DNA of 58,118 nucleotides, filler included, from Basidiobolus ranarum (Eukaryota): NCBI GenBank assembly GCA_040143965.1. It is 2 parts of 2 records of this genome, joined end to end, with 100 filler letters (N's around TTAATTAATTAA, not from the genome) between each part and the next. Parts side by side here need not be neighbours in the genome. Positions count along the whole stretch, not along the records: positions 29,120 to 58,118 come from JASJQH010000109.1; 1 more part is not named here. One strand, 5' to 3'. Shown piece by piece: positions 52,709 to 58,118 of this stretch (position 1 is its first letter; each line of letters starts with the position of its first letter). The notes under the pieces were generated by a model. It saw only the letters and a program-made list of their open reading frames with translations, ran no database searches and was not told where the DNA came from. The position numbers and the translations under genes were made by a program.

Positions 52709-54326
52709 TCTTCCTACAATGTAAATTTGGAATCTGCAAATAATCACTCATACCATCTATAAATATCTCAATAACATTCCATCACTTTGAATTAAAATAA
52801 ACTGCATTTCCATTCAAAAGTAAATTTACTCATTTGCAATCGTTGACCAACTTCCTTCCCAAATGAATGAGAATATTTATAGTACAAATTGGCGCCAAGT
52901 TAGACTATATACCTTACCAATGGCATCTCCAAAAGTACAGTTCATAGTTATTATTACGAGACTTTCAATCATGTTATTTACCATCACTTGGTTTGTGACC
53001 ATCCAACCCTAAGCCATGTTCCTACTTCACTTTTCAAAGCTAAGTTAATGCAAAGTACCTAGGAGGGTTCTCAACAATCATGTTCAAAAATTGTGCATGT
53101 AGCTTGAAGGTATGTTGAAACTCTCTCAACCACTGACTGCCTAAGACTCATTGGTGTGGAGTTTTTAGCAGAATTGTAATCATAATCTAAGTGTAGCAGA
53201 TCAACACAGCCACAAAGTAATTGAATATTTAACCTTCTGAGATCAATGAAGATTTCCAGGTAACTTATTTATTTCTGATTAGTGTTGGATTCTAAAACTT
53301 GGAAAAATCAATATGTTTGAAAGTACCTATATTATTAATGCGTAAATCAATTATTATCCTAGTTTTTATAAGCTTTCGATTAGTAAATTCTTGTGGAAAA
53401 GGCGCGTGTTAGTCGCAAAAAAACATGAGTACATTATATAAAAAACTAAATCCTAATACCAGTAAACAAAGAGCAAATAAGATATATTCACCCCTTCCTG
53501 AAACTCATTTGAGTCTCAAAGAATTCACTTTCGTTATTTGATTTAATTCAGAATGAAAGATGAGCTTATCATAAATGCATGTCCAACTATTATTTATCAG
53601 TCTTCGTTTATCTATGGTTCCTTTTTTTCTCCACCTTTAAAGCTATATAGTTCAAGTATACACTACATCATCGGTGCATGAATGACCATCAAGAGAGAAA
53701 AAACTGATGCAATATCTAATAAGTTTCTTTAGCACTTGCTAACCGTCATTTTCCATAGATAACTTTCAAGCTCTACTTGGTTCTCGCGTAGATGGACTAG
53801 TTTAAAGTATACATTCTAAGTTCCGAACCTTCAGTTTTATATAGAGATGAATAACTGACAAGAGCTAATCGAGAGAGTATAAAGTCATCAAGATTTTTTC
53901 AGAGTTGATAGTTCAACTTCCATTTTCTTTTCACTTTAAAAACATAAATAAATTCGTAGAATGGAATTGTGAAATATGTACAGGTGAAGCAGTCTCATTT
54001 CTATTGGTAATAGTAATAATGAGAGGAATATGTGGGGATTATCAGACGATACATACACAGTTTTTAAGTAACATACTAGATAGTTTAAACGTCACAGTAC
54101 ACACACCATAATGCGGGTAATATTGGTAATGCGGTTGTAGGGACTATCATTCAATTCCTTACGCCCAAGGATAGAAAAAAAACTGCGGTTGACCGTAGTC
54201 GATTCTTATTTAGTGAGGGATTATCTACTCCGGTTCCTCTATTACTCCCAGGCTTCCCTCTCCTTCTCTACCTTCTTACCCTTCTCAAATAATACCTTCC
54301 AGTTTTATAGATATACAATCATCCAA

Positions 54327-56076
54327 ATGCCCTCAATACGCCTCACACTTGTTAATAATGCGAAACAGACTCAGCGTTCTGGAGTAATTTTAAAGTTAGA
54401 CGATTCTACATTATCTGATTCAGTAGATAATACCATCTTGCAAGAAATCTTTACTTTGGCTAAGAATAAACTTCGTCTTAAGAAAGCAAAGACACTTTTC
54501 TTGACTAACGGCGTTGAGCTCACAGATCCAAGATGGTTACTGGATGGACGAGTGGCACAAGATAGGTATTTGCAAACTGACATCTAACAATATCATCCGA
54601 ATGTCTCTGATCACCTCTTACTTCTAGTTTGATCTACGTATCTTGTGGAGAAGGTTTTGTTGGTACAATTTCAAAGCCAGCATCATCAGTAGCACAGTCT
54701 AACATTCTAGATGATCAAATGACGGAGCGAAAAGAATCAGCATCGATCACTGTTCTTGCCAGGTCGAGCTACGTCGATCCAGAATCAATCATACAACTTA
54801 ACAAGACTGCATTGTTACCCGGCATGCAGCAGGTCATTGGACAGCCGGATCTGCATCCTGGTAAGAAGAATAAGTAATTATCACCGAGCAAACGCACTAA
54901 TACTTTAAATGAAATAGGGAATTTGTATCCTATTGGCGCCAGTTTTATTACCCATAAGTATATTTACCCGGCCTTGATTGGAAACGATATTGTAAGGGGC
55001 TCATTATATATACTTGTTAAACTGGTTACTTATTCTGATATTTAGGGTTGTGGAATGGCCTTTTACAAAACAAAGCTCTCCTCCAATATCAAGCCACAAA
55101 AGATTGTCGACAGACTGCATGGTATAGAAGGTCGCTGGCAGGAAGGTGACCCACAGTCTTTTCTAACCTCCATTCTGGGACCTGATCATGCTCAAACTGG
55201 GTCCGCACATTCGGATCAACTAGGAACTGTTGGTGGGGGTAACCATTTCGCAGAGTTCGTCATAATCGAGAAACTTGTGGATCAGGATTTATGCGCTAAT
55301 TTTGGGTTAACAGAGTCGCATACGTATCTTATTGTACATTCTGGATCTAGACGGTTCGGGCAGACGGTTTTGGAAGAGGCCGCATCCAATATGCCAGGAG
55401 GAACGCACAAAGGAATTGAAGCTGATTCAGATGTTGGAAGGACATACCTTGAGCAACATGATCGTGCATGCGCCTGGGCAAGAGTCAATCGCGAGTTGAT
55501 TGCACATCGTGTTCTTTCGAAACTAAATTCTGAAGAAAGTGCGGAGAAGATCCTTGATATATGGCATAATAATGTGGAGCGAAAGCAGATTGAAGGCTTG
55601 GGAGATTGTTGGGTACACCGAAAGGGTGCTGCACCAAGTGATAGAGGATTAGTTGTAATTCCAGGTAGTAGAGGACATCACAGCTATCTTGTCATGCCGC
55701 AGGGATCCCAGAATCTGAATGGTAGGGAAAACTGTTAGCTTTATTGAAGCCATCTATGACCATTCTATTTATTCTTGAGTTGCTTCGTTTTAAAATAGGC
55801 TTCTCATTAGCTCATGGCGCAGGTCGTCTTTTGCCTCGTGCCAAAGCACTTCAAAAGCGGCCACAGGCCTCCAAATCAAGTGCCATCACTGCTATGCAAA
55901 CTACCGATTTGGGATCAAGTGTGATCTGCGAAGACACCAACTTGTTGTTCGAAGAGCAGCCAGCGGCTTACAAGGACATATCTGCCGTCATCACAGACCT
56001 AGAGCCTTTTGTCAAAGTAATTGCCATCCTGAGACCCATCTGCACCTACAAAATGAGGAAAGAGGAAAGATCGTAA
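54327..56076 (+). CDS. RtcB-family RNA ligase of the release-factor-H-coupled (RtcB2) type with an extra N-terminal domain; 4 introns
   Basis: Introns 54566-54627, 54861-54917, 54992-55045 and 55722-55798 give GQPDLHPG.LYPIGA, YPALIGNDIGCGM, LGTVGGGNHFAE, VHSGSR, WHN, HRKGAAP, IPGSRG..SYLV, SLAHGAGR, LGS.VICED and EEQPAAYK. Confidence 0.9.
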
Positions 56077-56471
56077 GCCACTGATAGGAGTGATTTTTCC
56101 TGGTTATCGACGATTAATAAATGTAACTATTGTAGATATACTGTAGTTTGTGAAAGCTTCAATACACTGGAAAATGAACAAAGTTGCATAATTTAAGCAT
56201 TGATTTTTGGTTACGACACAGTCCTTGGTTAACTTCTATGTTTATTGCATTCAAGACTGAGTGTTGTAATGCTGATTCTTAGTAGCTTCCATGTACCCAA
56301 ATTTCAAGCAGTGATGCGCAGGCGTCAATGATAGATATGATCAAGTTAGGCAAAGTTCCTCAAATATTCGTATTGTGACGTAGGATATGACATGTTATTG
56401 TTACTTGCCATAAGTTAGCTATTTTATTCAATACTGGTCATAGACACTGAATAATTCATCACATATTGCTT

Positions 56472-57148
56472 CTATACAAAAGTTAATTCTTCTGGTTCTG
56501 AGACAATCACGGCAAAATAATCCCAGAGAGCAGCCAGACTAGACTGATGAACTACTTGGGCTGGAATCTCATGGCCCAAACCGTCCATTAATGCTCGAGC
56601 ACCACAGGCATTTCCCACAACTGTGACCTAAGAGTTTGTTAATGTAGAAACTGTATTAAACACTGCGAATATGGTAATCTTACCTGGTAGCCTTTCTCCG
56701 CACCATCACGAGCTGCCGAGTTGATACACATATGGGTACCATAGCCAACTAGGATCAAGTTGCGAATGTCATTCTTTTGTAAGGTCTCTTCTAAAAGCGT
56801 GTCCTTCCAAGCGCTAATATAGTGCTTCACAATCACTGTTTCGTCAGGCAGAGGGGTAACCTGCTCAATAATCTGGCTACCCCATTGTTTAGCATTGAAT
56901 ATAGGAGCCGATTCACCAGTCACATGATGCACCACATGTATGATGGGTAAATGGAGTGAACGTGCTTTCTGAACAAGCCGTATAATACGAGGTAAAGAAT
57001 GAGACTCGAGTTGATCCATTGGAACTTGCCCTGTGGGTAAGTATTCATTTTGAACATCGATTAGGATAAGGGCCGTCTTGGAGATATCTAGCGGAGTAGT
57101 CTTAGTCGGGGCACCAACTATCTCGCGGAGGGAACAGAGGTCAGTCAT
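56472..57148 (-). CDS. Isochorismatase-family cysteine hydrolase (2 exons)
   Basis: ALILIDVQNEY, IVKHYISAW and GYGTHMCINSAAR give the D-K-C triad. Intron after GYQ, second exon VTVVGNACGAR...LWDYFAVI, stop at 56472-56474. Confidence 0.88.
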
Positions 57149-58118
57149 AGTTAGATTAGTTGTGATGCGAAATGTGTACATATAATAAAGAGGAATCATT
57201 TATTTATAAGAAAAGCTGACTGAATTGATTGAAAATCTGATATAGTTGTGTTCGTGTGAATTCCCCCACGCATTTGACTCATTTGTCTCGGCTAGTGGTG
57301 AGAGGATCTTGGCCTTGTAATATAGATCACGCATTCTGCTGAGCCACAAATATTTCCTTCCTGCCATCATACCTACTAATATACAGTAATTTAATCCCCT
57401 ACAGTTGAATGCAAGTCTATGTACCGAACATTAATATTGATGTTACTTGTAGTCCACACCGCAACTATCAGATGGCAACAAGTTGATAGCTTGGTTTCTT
57501 GAAGAGAATAAGGTATAGTGCCATCAGTAATAAACGTTCCTAATAATAACAAAATATTCGCACAGGTTCAACTATGCTTATGCTATCAATCACCATTTTA
57601 TAATGCCTTAGAAGAGAACCGAGAGACTGCTAGTTCACCTTCAATATTGGGGTTGTACCAATTGAGCCATATATATATATCAATAAACTACTAATAAGAG
57701 TTTCTGATTGCCATCATCATCATAATCAATCATAATGCTATTAAATTATTTTTTGTCACAAATCTCATGCAACATCTGCGCCAATACTGAAAATTTTCCA
57801 TACAAATAGAGCATAAAGTATGGTTGCAATAATATAAACACGTGGCCCTGGCAAAGTAAAAGTTATTTCATTCGATACACCAGTGGCTTAGATCAAACAA
57901 CATCGCCTACATTAATGATCTTGATGGAAATGACTATGAAGCTTATCAAAGACATCTGCGATGAAAAACAATTACAGGATCATTAAAATACATGAATTCT
58001 TGTCAGACATTTGTATAATTGGACTGCGCTTTTCAGATGACATTCAAACAGTTGCCTGCTTAGCTGAACAGGAGCACAATCTAATCCAGACTGTATTATG
58101 GTTCATTCAATATCATGG

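Noticed and set aside
57440-58118. Coding-like fragments at the right edge of the window
   Set aside because: Stops occur in all frames, no family is recognisable, and the region is truncated by the window end.

Overview
AT-rich, intron-rich eukaryotic DNA with short GT-AG introns. The gene content (chitin deacetylases, a fungal GH3-GNAT fusion, Atg22, plus an Integrator subunit) suggests an early-diverging fungus; this is an inference. A 100-nt scaffold gap with an artificial TTAATTAATTAA linker (29020-29119) splits the window, so adjacency across it is not guaranteed. Left of the gap: GH47 mannosidase, MON2, an uncharacterised two-domain protein, a LIM-domain-binding co-regulator, NAPE-PLD, HMG-CoA lyase, ALG13, a tail-to-tail pair of CE4 deacetylases, quinone oxidoreductase, Ssf1/PPAN and RPS2. 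Right of the gap: a degenerate duplicated region with solo LTRs, a trihelix/Myb-SANT factor, importin beta, mitochondrial uS2, INTS9, a 21-aa tandem-repeat protein, a GH3-GNAT-GNAT fusion, Atg22, a bacterial-type RtcB2-like RNA ligase with an extra N-terminal domain, and an isochorismatase-family hydrolase. The most notable items are the intron-containing RtcB2-like ligase with no PrfH partner in view, the orphan R/Y/G-plus-acidic repeat protein, INTS9 in a fungus, a hidden out-of-frame coiled coil in the trihelix gene, and a ~340-bp solo-LTR family with 5-bp target-site duplications. Multi-exon gene boundaries were assembled by eye.
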